DNA of 64,000 bases, taken from NCBI GenBank assembly GCA_951406725.2, contig OX597835.1, positions 10,602,001 through 10,666,000 on the forward strand, read 5' to 3'. A program made the position numbers and the translations under genes. Shown here piece by piece: positions 12,523 through 25,522 of the stretch (positions within the stretch are counted from its first letter, which is position 1; each line of letters starts with the position of its first letter). Below the pieces are notes generated by a model, which saw only the letters and a list, made by a program, of their open reading frames with translations, ran no database searches and was not told the origin of the DNA. Origin of the DNA: Octopus vulgaris (Eukaryota).

Positions 12523-13789
12523 ATGTGGCTTTCCAGGGGCTTGATATTCCGACTATATCAATATAATATGACTGAATTTTTATTCTTTATCTATTTCATT
12601 AAGCATTTTCATTTGATTGTTTAAAATATTTCTTCTTTAAAAGTGGTAATGGCACAAAAGAAGGGAGGAATTATTGTTTCTAAATCAAGAATTTTTTTTT
12701 TACTTATTATACATTTTGATTTCCTTTTAGAAGTTTACATGACCGGGTACCAATAAGTGATCAATGATTTCATGAAGGGGTCAATTATATAAAAATTGCT
12801 GTCACTTGGTATAGAGGCTTTCTCGTTAGCTTCATTATGAAACATAAATTAATGAAGTATCTGTCTACACATAGGACATGTATTAATGATATTCTCTAAG
12901 ATATTGGGACAAGGTGAGATATTTGAGGGGAGGAGAAGAAACTAATTATATCAACCCTTGTGAATGACTGGTACTCCATTAGGTCAAACCTGGAAGGATG
13001 AAAGACAAAAGTTTACCTCGTCAGGGTTTGAACTCAGAATGTAAAAACTGGGAGCAAATAACACAAGGTATTTTTTTTCAGTTGCTCTAATGATTCTGCC
13101 AGTTCCTTGCTTTACATGTTGTAACTTATCAGAATATTCTGTAAAGTGTCTTTGTTAAGGATATAACAACATCAATACGGGTATGGTTGGATTGGCAATT
13201 TCTTGTCTGGGATGGAGGAGGAGAACTTTATATCTAAAGGGCCGAAAGGGAAAGTCTGTAAATGCAAATCCATTTGTAATGCATCTTTTATATGAAGGAC
13301 ATTTCAAATGTAATACTCTTCCAGGTTGGTTGCATGTCTTTCACTTGACAATCTCCTTAGGTAATCAATTCTAGTTTGAATGGATTATGTCCAGAAAGAT
13401 CAGGAATATTGTATGCTACTTGTTACAGTGCTTCGTAAATAACTGTTGATTATTGATACCATTCCAGTACATCAACTCTGCTGAGGTCAATTTTGCCTGC
13501 ATTTACCTTATGGCCATAGGTGACATGGCTCTTCTTAAGTATTTACGCCAGATCAAAATACCTGGATGCCGGCATCACATGGCATTTACATGCATCACAC
13601 TATTGATAGTGTCATCATTATCATCATCATCATCATCATAATAGTTATCATTAATAATCATCAGCATCATCTTGTTCACTTTTCCATCCTTGCATGGGTC
13701 AGACGCAATTTGTTGATACAGTTCTATATTTAAGAGATGAAGAATTATGTACATTATTTACATTATTTACATTATTTACCATGCCTCCC

Positions 13790-14005
13790 CCTCCCCTCAA
13801 AATAAGGGTAGAGGAACATTGCAAAGCTGTGACACGAAGAGATATTGATAAATCGGGTACAGCTGATCATGTATGGCAAAATGGAGAACGCCTCCCCCTG
13901 AGGGATGAAGTTAAAATAATAGACAGAGAACACCAATGGAAAATACGAAAACTAAAAGAAGCAGCAGATATGCTAGGACACAACAACCTTCTAAGCAGAC
14001 CGAGT
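13790..14005 (+). mobile_element. Penelope-like element, GIY-YIG endonuclease C-terminal fragment
   Basis: PLKIRVEEHCKAVTRRDIDKSGTADHVWQNGERLPLRDEVKIIDREHQWKIRKLKEA matches the PLE pattern L..R..EH......KS..A.H.......KII..E..W..RK.KEA. Confidence 0.8.
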
Positions 14006-14272
14006 TGAACGGTTCACCTGGCGTTTGGGAAGCCAGGAGGCTGCACCAGGCTCCAATCTGATCTGGCAATGTTTCTACTGCTGGATGACCTTCCTAATGC
14101 CAATGGCTCCTAGAGTGTAGTTGACTACTTTTTATGTGCCACTAGCACAGGAGCCAGTCAGGCAGGTCTGGCATCGATCATGTCTGGATAGTGCTTTTTA
14201 CGTGCCACCGGCACAGGGGCCAGTCAAGGGGTTCTGGCATCGGCTATGTTTGGATGCCACTTTTTACATGCC
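14004..14272 (-). mobile_element. Family C retroelement copy
   Basis: gggaagccaggaggctgcaccagg...ctgatctggcaatgtttctac...ggatgaccttcctaatgccaa plus internal repeats. Confidence 0.75.
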
Positions 14273-14375
14273 ACACACACACACACACAGACACACACAC
14301 ACACACACACATAGAATATAGCAGGAAAACAGAATGCAGTTTAACACAATATTAATTTAATATAGTATTGATAAA

Positions 14376-14632
14376 AAGCACCATCCGATCGTGAAAAGCA
14401 CCATCTGATTGTGGCCGTTTGCCAGCCTCGTCTGGCACCTGTGCAGGTGGCACGTAAAAAGCACCCACTACACTCTCGGAGTGGTTGGCATTAGGAAGGG
14501 CATCCAGCTGTAGAAACACTGCCAGATCAGACTGGGCCTGGCGCAGCCTTCTGGCTTCCCAGACCCCAGTTGAACCGTCCAACCCATGCTAGCATGGAAA
14601 GCGGATGTTAAACGATGCTAATGATGAAGATG
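14376..14632 (+). mobile_element. Family C retroelement copy
   Basis: ggttggcattaggaagggcatccagctgtagaaac...catgctagcatggaaagcggatgttaaacgatg tail. Confidence 0.8.
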
Positions 14633-15898
14633 ATTGATACTGAGAATATATAACATTTTCGATATCACACACTTCCCCATACTAAATGAGGAATATCCAC
14701 CACAGGCACCCCCACCACCCATTTTATGCCTTTCACACCATACATATTCCATAATAAACACAATAAACTTATCATCGTTTATAAATCAGATCAATAACAA
14801 TATCGTATTATTATTGATATCAAAAATATTACACTCTTGCTATTATTATATTATTTATCTCACAACTATGGAAATTATTGATATCAATAGTCCAAATGTC
14901 ACACTATTTATATCTTACAATAGACCTCCTTCATAATGTCATCTCTATAATGTTATTATTCAAAATGTGTTACTGATATCATGCTATCCAAAATGTCATA
15001 TTGTTAGTCTAAATATCACTTTATTCACAGAGTCTTTGTATCACATTGTTATCCCCGTGAGGAATCTTGAGTGATGGAAAACGGTGGAGGAAATTGTCAT
15101 TTGTTTTTGTGTTTTTTTTATTTTCTTTCCTTTTCTTGTCATACAAAATTTGTATGTATGTGTATATTGGCGATAGTGTGTATTTATAGCTCTGTGTAAA
15201 AATGTACATATGTGAGTGTGTGTGTATGTGTGTGTGTGTGTGTGTTGTGTGTGAGAGAGAGAGAGAGAGTGTGTGTGTGTGTGCGAGAGAGAGAGAGAGT
15301 GTGTGTGTGTGTGTGTTGTATCATCTCCATTGGAATTGCTCCATTAGAAGTGGACTGCTTTCAGTTGTAGCAATGAATACATAATATATGCGTAGTGTTT
15401 TGCATATTTCATATTACACATGCACACACATGCATGCATATGCGCACACACACATGTATATATATATGTACAACAGTCTTCATTTCATTTCCATTTACCA
15501 AATCTGGTCAGTCATAAAGTTTCTATTGACCAGAGGTTGCAGTAGCAGACACCTGTCCAAGATTGCATGCAGTGGGACTGAACCCACAATCAGCCAGGTG
15601 GGAAGTGTGTGTGTGTGTGTGTGGGTGTACATGTATGTATATATATAGTACAAAGTAAGATAGGGGTTATGGGTGTAACCCACTATGGGATATCATTTAT
15701 CCAATATACTGTTGGTAAAGTACCCAGATTCTTAATACATAAATATTTTTAATTGCAATGCAATTAATTCATTTATTGTATGAAACGGGTGAAGGTAAAT
15801 ATTTTTACTGTAAATTTGTAATACAAATAAGAAAATGGAGAAATAAATTTAGTTTGTTCATCAACTTATGGATATTATAATGTTGGATTATTTATTCA

Positions 15899-16193
15899 TC
15901 TTTATATATAAAAGTGAAGTTTTGTGTCTGTCTCCTACGATTTAGATTCCTAATTACTCCCACATTTTGCGGTGCAGTTTAACCAAAACCGGGTATCTTA
16001 TAGTCGTGATTCATATCGAGCACTTCTGGGTATTAGCGCGCGTCTACGATGAGTCTACGATTAAAAAAAATTTACCATAATTTTATTTCCATTTTTAATG
16101 CATTTTTTTGCTATTTTTTTGCTATAACTCTCTAAAAATGCTTATATAGTTATTTTCCTTACAAACCCGAGCAACGCCGGTCGATACTGCTAG
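15899..16193 (+). mobile_element. Non-autonomous Helitron
   Basis: Starts TC(tttatatataaaag) after host A, ends CTAG before host T; GC-rich subterminal hairpin cccgagcaacgccgg about 10 nt before CTAG; no TSD. Confidence 0.8.
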
Positions 16194-17049
16194 TATACAT
16201 ATATATATGTATTGAAATACCTATAGGCACATATATACATACACACACTTATACATGTGCATTTATACATGCACACATATGTATATAGAAAGCTATATAG
16301 TCAAACATATATACACATGTCTATGTCATATACTAAACACACAAAGAATTCAACAAATAATTGTGCTAACATGTCAATAGCTAAAGCCTGGATTTCTTTA
16401 ATGTACTTAATGGTAAATAATGCCAAATATTTTTCATGGTAGCATTTGTGCTTTTTTAATTCTTTGAATTTTGATTTTTGCACAAGAAGTAAATGGCAAA
16501 AATAAGACACAAAAGGTATCTTTGGAACCAGGTCTAAATTGGATGAAAGAATTTTGGTTTTTCTGGAATAAAACCTGGAAAGCAATGACAGCAGAAATTG
16601 AATATTACAAATTTCAAAGCAAAGACTAATTGAATGAAAGACAAAGAAAGAGAGAGGGGGAGAGAGTGAGAAAGAGAGAGAGAGAGAGAAATAAAGAGAA
16701 ATATTTTAGAACAGAATTTTATTCAATTTTGAAAAAAATTTGGAAAAAAAAAAAAAAATATGCACACACACACATACATGTACAGTTTAGTAAAAAAGAA
16801 AAAGAAAAACAATAATAAAAATAAAGACAAAATATTCAGAACAAGTCTTCGTTTTTTCACAAAATGATTTCAGAAAAGTTTTTTCAGGAGCATATTTCAG
16901 GACAGTTATTTTTGGAAGAATTTTCTGGGAACAATTTCTGTAAATGGTCTTTCTAGTTTAAAAAAAAAAAAACATAAGTTAGGTAAATAAATATTTCTTC
17001 ACCTTACAGTTTTGCATATCAGCATGTATGTATGTGTGTGTGTATAACC

Positions 17050-17086
<37 letters not shown>

Positions 17087-17376
17087 CATTTGTCTGTCTG
17101 TGTATATATTTATTGAAAGTTGAGTTGAGAGAAAGCTCTTCTGCTATAACTGCTCATCTACATTTGTAAAAATGAGATGAGCCAAAATGGCTACTCAAAC
17201 CAGAAGACTGCTGTGCCAGGTCAACTCTAAGTAAATACATCAGCTCTGTAATAGTTCGTATTGAGTACTTCCTTGAATATTGGTCTGCTGCTTGGCTTCA
17301 CAACCATGAATATCTAAACCTATATACATTCACACATACACACACATCTGAAATAATAAGCATGTATATATTTATG

Positions 17377-17428
<52 letters not shown>

Positions 17429-18484
17429 TAAATATATATATATTTGTATATACATAAATATATGTGTGTGTGTATATATATATATATATGTACACACAGT
17501 TCTATTTTCATGTATTTCTATATGTAGCTGTCTGTGTATACACTTATATATATATGCAATATATATATATATGTATATATATACAATATATATATATATA
17601 TGTATATATATGCAATATATATATATATATATGCAATATATATATGTATATATATATGCAATATATATATGTATATATATGCAATATATATATATATATA
17701 TATGCAGCATATATATAATATTTGTATGTGTGTATATAAATATATGTGTGTATACATATATGTGTGTGAATGTTTATTTGTCTGTCTTTATATGTGTATT
17801 TTGTAAATTGAAAAGTAACCCTAATGTGTACTTTAAGGGAAGAAAAATGTGGGTGTATAGAAATGAATGTATATATTTATTTGGGAGAGAAATGATTTAT
17901 TAAAAGTAAACACAGAAAAAGATTCCGTTTAATGCTTTGAAGCGAAATTTGCTAATATCTTCATTTTACCTGAATCCCCAAGTGGCAACATCTCTTCTCT
18001 AAATGAACACCAAAAGCAAACCAATAAATCTGTATAAACATACATGCTATGAATTATGGGTAATTTTTTTCTCATCCCTCCCCATCCCTACATTCATCCT
18101 TCATAACTATCTGATGCAGCATATGCACACACACATACACACAGACACACACACACACTCACCCATACACGTATGTATATTTATGTATATGTGTGTGTGT
18201 ATATATATATGTATATATATTTATATGCACATATACCTATATTTGCATGTATCTATCTATCCATCCATCCATCCAGCTATCTATCTGTCTATATATGTAT
18301 ATATATCTGTTTATATGTATGTATATATGAATGTGTGTGTGTACTTATATATATATATATATATATATATCTGTTTATATGTATGTATATATGAATGTGT
18401 GTGTGTACTTGTATATATATCTGTTTATATGTATGTATATATGAATGTGTGTGTGTACTTGTATATATATATATATATATATCT

Positions 18485-18519
<35 letters not shown>

Positions 18520-19428
18520 TATAGTATATATATATATATATACATATATATGTTTAAGTATATATATATATATATATATATAAGATAGAATTCCTTTATT
18601 GATCAATTTGTCTATAATTTTGATATTCATATCAATTTGGTACCCCCTGCAGACTTTTGGTGAGTAAAAAAAAAAAAAGATATAATAGAATTTAAAAAAA
18701 AAAATTTTTTTTAGATTAATCTTCTAAAATCTTCTGTAAATAAATACGAAAAAAAAAAATGAATTAAAATTGTCTCTGGAAATCTTTCATAAAAACCATA
18801 ACAATCTTCATGAAACCCTGTCTTAGTGGTTCTCTGTTTCTTTCGCCCATAATTTGTCATTTGTGATATTCTGACAAGAAGACATTTTGCAAATTTTGCT
18901 TAAATTTCCGAGAAGGGAAATTATTGTTATTTTACCCTGATATATTTAGTCTCGTCTGCTTGTCTTGGTTATTGCAGTCACTGCATTCATCTTATCATAC
19001 CCTCTGGCTTTCCTCAGGAGTTCTGTCATAAACTCTATGTTATATATAGACACAACACATATTCTTTATATTATAAAGATTATACTCTGATATATTCAAA
19101 GTAGTGTCCTTCTCTTGGTTGTTTTAATCACAATATTTCAGCCATTGTACTTTCTACCCTTCATCAGTAATTATCCTTGTTACTGACCGATATACTGCAA
19201 CCAATGTCATCATTTTGCTTGTTATAACCATGTTGATTCGACCCCTTTTTTATTAGGCATCTGTTGTATTTGGTTACAGATTCTGGAAGTGTGACCAAAT
19301 AAGGACAACAAGAGAATAAAAAAACAATGGTAAAAATGTTATGAGAATAACACCCTGATTAAGGGCAAAAGTTCAAATGCATCAGCGTGGTATAAGGCAT
19401 TTTGCTTTTCTGGCTACCATTGTTGTGG

Positions 19429-19478
<50 letters not shown>

Positions 19479-19488
19479 GTTATTATTA

Positions 19489-19519
<31 letters not shown>

Positions 19520-19890
19520 GATTATTGTCATTATTACTACTAATACTGATACTACTACTAGTTATAGCTCTTTGGTGGATTTCATTGTGTTTGTGTGTGT
19601 CCAGACGAAATTTATTTCTTCCATATACCCACTTATAACTGATAACATGAAGAGTAATTCCTCATTTGTCCTGATATACTAATATCTGCAGGAATTAGAC
19701 AACCTATAACTGCTATTATTTATACTTTAATTGTAATAATGGGATTATTTCAGAGCACCATTATAAAATGCAAGACTATATGAAACCAGTGGTATGAGAC
19801 TAATAATTTAGTTCTCTGCATATGTATATATTGGTTTATATATTTATAGCTTGTTTCCAACTATTTCATCCTTTTGTAGTTTGTTACATC

Positions 19891-19952
<62 letters not shown>

Positions 19953-21547
19953 CATACTATTATTATTATTAGCACCATAATGTCACTGAAGATTGGATCT
20001 TTGGATTTGCTCCTGATAAATGAACTCTTTTATCTCCAGTTGTTCCCTTAATGAAATTGGGATTAACTGGATAAAAAAAGAAAAAAAAAAAATATAACAA
20101 ACATTTTTTTTTTATCAAAATATGAAAAAGTTAAATTTGAAGAATGAAGATTTTTTTCAGTTGAGGTGGGTGGGAGGAGAGTAAGAACATCTGAAACAAA
20201 ATAAAACAAACCAAGAAAAAAAAATACAAAAAAATAACCAAGGGAAAAGACCAATCATTTTAGTGATGGCTTCGACTCACACTCACACTCTCATGCAGAG
20301 CTGAGTGTTGGGTCACATGACTGTAGGAGTGTAATGACGTATTCTACAGTAGCAACACCTACAGGCTGCCCCTCCTCACTGACCATTTGATCAACTACCT
20401 CCATCATAGCTGACCATGTCTACTAAACAAAAAGCAACAATAACAACAGCAACAACAACAATTATAACAAGAAAAAATGAACATTTATCGAAGTATAAAC
20501 TTTGTGTGAAATTCTACAGAATTGGTTAGAACTGTTTTTGGATCTGGACTATTTTTGGTTGTTTTAATAATTTCTCTGTGAGTGGAGTTTCGTGGTAGAA
20601 AAAAAAACAAAACAAAACAAAAAACCAGAACAAAACAACAACAACAAAATCCCAACAATTCTTCTTCTCTCATCTTTGTTTTACGGTTAGTAATTACAAT
20701 ATTAATTATAATATTAATTAAATATTTTTCAAACCTGATATTTCATTAGTTTTCATGATTGATTATACATTTGCCATCAGTCATTAACAAACAGTCACAT
20801 ATAAGTCATGTTGATTGGTGTGTTTGGTTATTTACCATCTGAATGGCCAGCACTCCTTATATGGTCATTAACATTGTGCTGTGTCCATTTCATGGCCCAG
20901 ACCATCCAACATGACATAGGGATAAAGTCCATTGGAATTAGCAGCAATAATACGGTCAAATTGGTCAGAATCAGTTCCATAAAAGAGTTTTGTAGCGAGT
21001 TAAATTTTTGCTATAGAACTGCTGTTCCAAGAACTACTTTGCAGATGGAAAGGAAATCTTCATTGGTGCCTTTAAGGATTCTGTAGATTTATGGAACTCA
21101 TTTTGGTCAATAAACAACAGCAAGGATTTTTATTTTCATATTCGACCCCCGTTGTGGCACCCATGTCTGTTTTTAAGGAGTCCAAGTTTAAAAGAAAGAA
21201 AGTTTCCCTGATCTAAATGTTGATGATAGGATGGATTTCTTTTCCCCTTCGTTATCCTATTTCTTTTGAAATACACAGAATTTGTTTCAATTACAAGATC
21301 TCGAAGACTGGACTTAATGTTTTTAGGTTTTCATTATTATTAAACAGATGAGAGATAAAAGTATCCTAACCTTCAGATTAGAAGAATGGTGTAGCTATCA
21401 CAGGTGACTTTAACACAACAACCTGCTACACATTCAATACACATAGATTGGTAAGCGGTAATAATGTAGAATTAGGGAGAAAACAACAATGATGACAATA
21501 TCTGCAATAGATTTTAAATTCACAACACCTTCAGCCAGAAGTTGGCC

Positions 21548-21598
<51 letters not shown>

Positions 21599-22079
21599 GA
21601 TATCTATAGGTTTAATTTTGTAAAAATCAGCAAGTATCTGGAACATTCCTCAGACATAAATTAGACAAAGTGATGTGAATGAAAAAAAACCAAACTTTAA
21701 AAATTAATATATATATACACACACATACACACACTCAGAGAAAAAAAAACAGCATAACACTAAAATCCTGCCTCCGTCCTTTTAAACGGTATAAAGAAAA
21801 ATATTTAAAAAAAAGAAGCAACATTTCTCTTTGTCTTCTCTCAATAATTACTGGTATTACTGAGACATCATGCCATCAATTAGTAGGGAAAGTAGAATAT
21901 GAGATGTGATGATTTTGCATTTCTCGTGTATATATAGCTGTGTATGTGTATGCTTACTTATAATTGTCCATTGAATCCATTAATAAAGATCTTCATTTAT
22001 GGATTCTTTGATCATTTTAGATCCCAATCCTTGTCAAACAGCCCCTATCTCTGACAGGACATATGTATGTATTTAATTA

Positions 22080-22880
22080 ACAAAGCCAGTTATTACTCTC
22101 CATGCCTCTCTCACTTCTCTCTCTTTGTACCATTCTGTGTGTTTCGTCTGTCCTGTCCGACAATGAGACTTCCAATATAAAAAGGGAATAGCAATGTGTT
22201 CCGTTTTTGAAGGCTTGATATTGTTCCTCTGTAAAACGGTCTTCAGCTGGTACTTGAACTTGTTCTTCTGAGCTTCCAACCAAATATTGGCCATGCTGCA
22301 GCAGCTCATAGGCTATCCTGCTAGGAGAACGTAGATCAGACATTCACAATATATGTCAGCTATCTCGTATCACTTCACCCACTTACACTGCTGTTGGTTC
22401 AACAGAGGACGTGTGTGTGTGCGTGTGCATGTATGTGCGTGCATGCGTGCATCTGGATGCATAGTGATACCTTTCCAGGTGATTTAAAGAATATTATGGA
22501 AACATTTTGATGTTAGCCCTCAAGGATCATAATGTGGTGGTTCAGTATGCTTCATGTTACCATTCTTCCAAAGTTGAGGAATTTGTTCTCAGTTTCATGT
22601 TTTTCTGACATAGCATTAGGGGTGGGGTTACTCTTGTGCTTCTCTGACATATCAGTGGTGGATGGGGGGTACTCATATGCCAAGATAACCATCTTCAATC
22701 AAGATCTCGAAAGAAATGTCATCAGATCTAAGAGTTTTTCTTTTTTAACATTGTCACAGCAGTGCTAACTTCAGCCAAAGCTGGTAGATCATCAAGGTGG
22801 TAGATGATGGACATTTTCTTACAAAATTCCTTCATGACTGCTCAATCCCTTGGTTTAGGAATTGGTTGAATGTTCTCAGT
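22080..22880 (-). mobile_element. Degenerate RTE-clade LINE fragments
   Basis: Minus-strand translations HLDDLPALAEVSTAVTMLKKKNS / SDDISFEILIEDG (pre-RT motif; 22680-22880) and MSDLRSPSRIAYELLQHGQ / KNKFKYQLKTVLQRNNIKP (RTE C-terminus; 22080-22345), with stops and frameshifts. Confidence 0.65.
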
Positions 22881-23294
22881 GTTTTGCTATTGTTGACTAA
22901 TCTTTCGGTATTGGCCACCTGATGATGGGAATGTTACTATGAAACAAGTTCCAGGGCCGTAGAGCGTCTTTATAGCATCATAGGAATTGTGCGTATCAAG
23001 CATGTCTGGTTTTCTTGTGCTTTTTGCAATTCAACCTCTCTCATATAACCTCATGTATACAAACATATTTATAAGTTTATATATATATATATAATTGTTT
23101 TTCTGGAGTGGTGGATCTTGAAGCATGTAAAGCTATTGATTACATGTAAATATTGGCTTGAAAAATCCTTTTGGATAGAAAATGTTGAAGGCTGCCCATG
23201 GGACTCAAACTCACATTTCTTGTTGACATAATTATTTTACCATTGGACCAAAGCAATCCCTCAACTGTATCATTATATATATATATCAAAATCG

Positions 23295-23790
23295 CTGATG
23301 TGGCCAGTGACACTACTACCTGATTGGCACACGTACCAGTGAAATGTTAAAAGCACCATCTGGGCGTGATCATTGCCAGGGTTGCCTACTGGCTCCTGTG
23401 CCGGTGGCATGTAAAAAGCACCATTCGAACCTGATCGTTGCCAGCTTCACATTACTGGCACGTGTGCCGGTGGCACGCGAAAAACAACATTTGAGTGAGG
23501 TTGTTGCCAGTGCCACCGGACTGGCTCCCATGCAGGTGGCACGTACAAAAACACCTTTTGAGCATGGTCGTTGCCAGTACTGCCTGACTGGCCCTCATGC
23601 CAGTAGCATGTAAAAGCATCTACTACACTCTCAGAGTGGTTGGCATTAGGAAGGGCATCCAGCTGTAGAAACTTTGCCAGATCAGATTGGAGCCTGTTGC
23701 AGCCTTTGGCTCGACAGTCCTCAAACAAACCATTCAACCCATGCCATCATGGAAAGCAGATATTAAACGATGATGATGATGATAATGATG
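23295..23790 (+). mobile_element. Family C retroelement with about five internal ~60-bp repeats
   Basis: Repeated gcc.g...ctggc.c.tgtgccggtggcacgtaaaa.cacc units, then the common 3' end and (GAT)n tail. Confidence 0.75.
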
Positions 23791-23844
23791 ATATATATAT
23801 ATATATATATATATATTTTTTTTAGAAGACCACCTTGATGTCCA

Positions 23845-24095
23845 AAGCATTTTGCCCGGCATGCTAACATTTCTGCCTGCTCACCGCCCTAATAATTCTT
23901 TCTACTAAAGGCATAAAGCATGAAATTTTAATTGGGGGGTAATTTGATTACATTGACCCCAGTACTCAACTGGTACTTATTTTATCAACCCCCAGAAAAT
24001 TAAAAGCAAAGTTGACCTTGGTGGCATTTGAACTCAAAACATAAGGCTTCTAAGCATTTTGTCCAGTATGCTAAGGATTCTGCCAGCTCACTGCT

Positions 24096-24136
<41 letters not shown>

Positions 24137-24428
24137 TATTATTTTAATAATCTTAATAATAATAATAATAATAATAATAATTTTAATAATAATAATCATA
24201 ATAATAATAATAATCCTTTCTTCTGGAAGCACAAGGCTTCAAATTTGGGGGAAGGGATTAAGCTGATAACATCGACACCAGTGCGTAACTGGTACTTATT
24301 TTATCAACCCCGAAAGGAAGAAAGGCAAAGTTGACCTCAGTGGAATTGGAACTCAAAACGTAACAGCAGACGAAATACGGCTAAGCATTTCGCCCGGCGT
24401 GCTAACAATCCTGCCAGCTCGTCACCTT
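23845..24428 (-). mobile_element. Head-to-tail chain of family A SINEs separated by (AAT)n
   Basis: One head remnant plus two units, each reading cctttctact..gcacaaggc...gtacttatttt.tcaacccc.gaaa...gcaaagttgacct...tgccagctc on the plus strand. Confidence 0.8.
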
Positions 24429-24430
24429 AC

Positions 24431-24486
<56 letters not shown>

Positions 24487-24617
24487 TGTAGTGTTAGTAT
24501 TGGTAACAGTAGTGATTGTAGTATGACAGTAGAAATAAGAACTACAGCTCAGTTCCTGGATAAGGTTGACAATAATTAGTTGTAACATAAAATTAATAAT
24601 TTTTGCAGTAGCTACAG

Positions 24618-24679
<62 letters not shown>

Positions 24680-24849
24680 GTGGTGACCATGTGGCAGATG
24701 TTATTCTCTTCACGCATATTAATTAGATCGAAACTGATAATTACATTTCACTAATATTAAATGCTGTTGATGGTGGGTATACTGTGACTGATTGGATGTT
24801 CTCCGCAGTTTTGTTGAGGATGAGAATTTCAAGGGTTTCACTTCTACAG

Positions 24850-24899
24850 TCATCATCATCATCATCATCACCATTATCATTATCACCACCATCATCATC

Positions 24900-24984
<85 letters not shown>

Positions 24985-25032
24985 CCACCACCATCATCAT
25001 CACAATCACCACCATCATCATCATCATCATCG

Positions 25033-25072
<40 letters not shown>

Positions 25073-25100
25073 TGTTGTTGTTATCATCATCGTCATCATT
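24850..25100. repeat. (CAT)n trinucleotide tract
   Basis: Direct reading; source of the poly-D/S/M/I ORFs. Confidence 0.95.
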
Positions 25101-25522
25101 ATTAATTATAATGACAGTCCAATTCAATCTGCATGATAATGTTTCACAAATTTTCACACTTACTTTATGGGTTAATTAAGATAGTTAATTAAGGGTTGAA
25201 GAAGCTGAAGTCTGAGAGCTGCATCCAGAATTTTACAGAGCATTGTTCTTTATTTTTCATTTGTATTATCATCATCATCATCATTATCATCTTTATTATT
25301 GCCTTCATCATAATCACCACCATCATCACCACTACCATCATCATCATCATCACCACCACCATCATCATCGTCGTGCATATTTTTACTCCAGCTTTCCTTG
25401 CTGTCATGGGTTGGACAGGTTGTTATGATCCAAATCCTTTCCTATCAGGAGTTTATGCTCTTCTAGAATGATTTTTGTACATCTCGTCAAACTCGTTACA
25501 CAAATTAAATCTCTGAGCTGGC

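Noticed and set aside
24719-25179. Poly-Asp, poly-Ser, poly-Met and poly-Ile ORFs
   Set aside because: All are frames of one (CAT)n tract.
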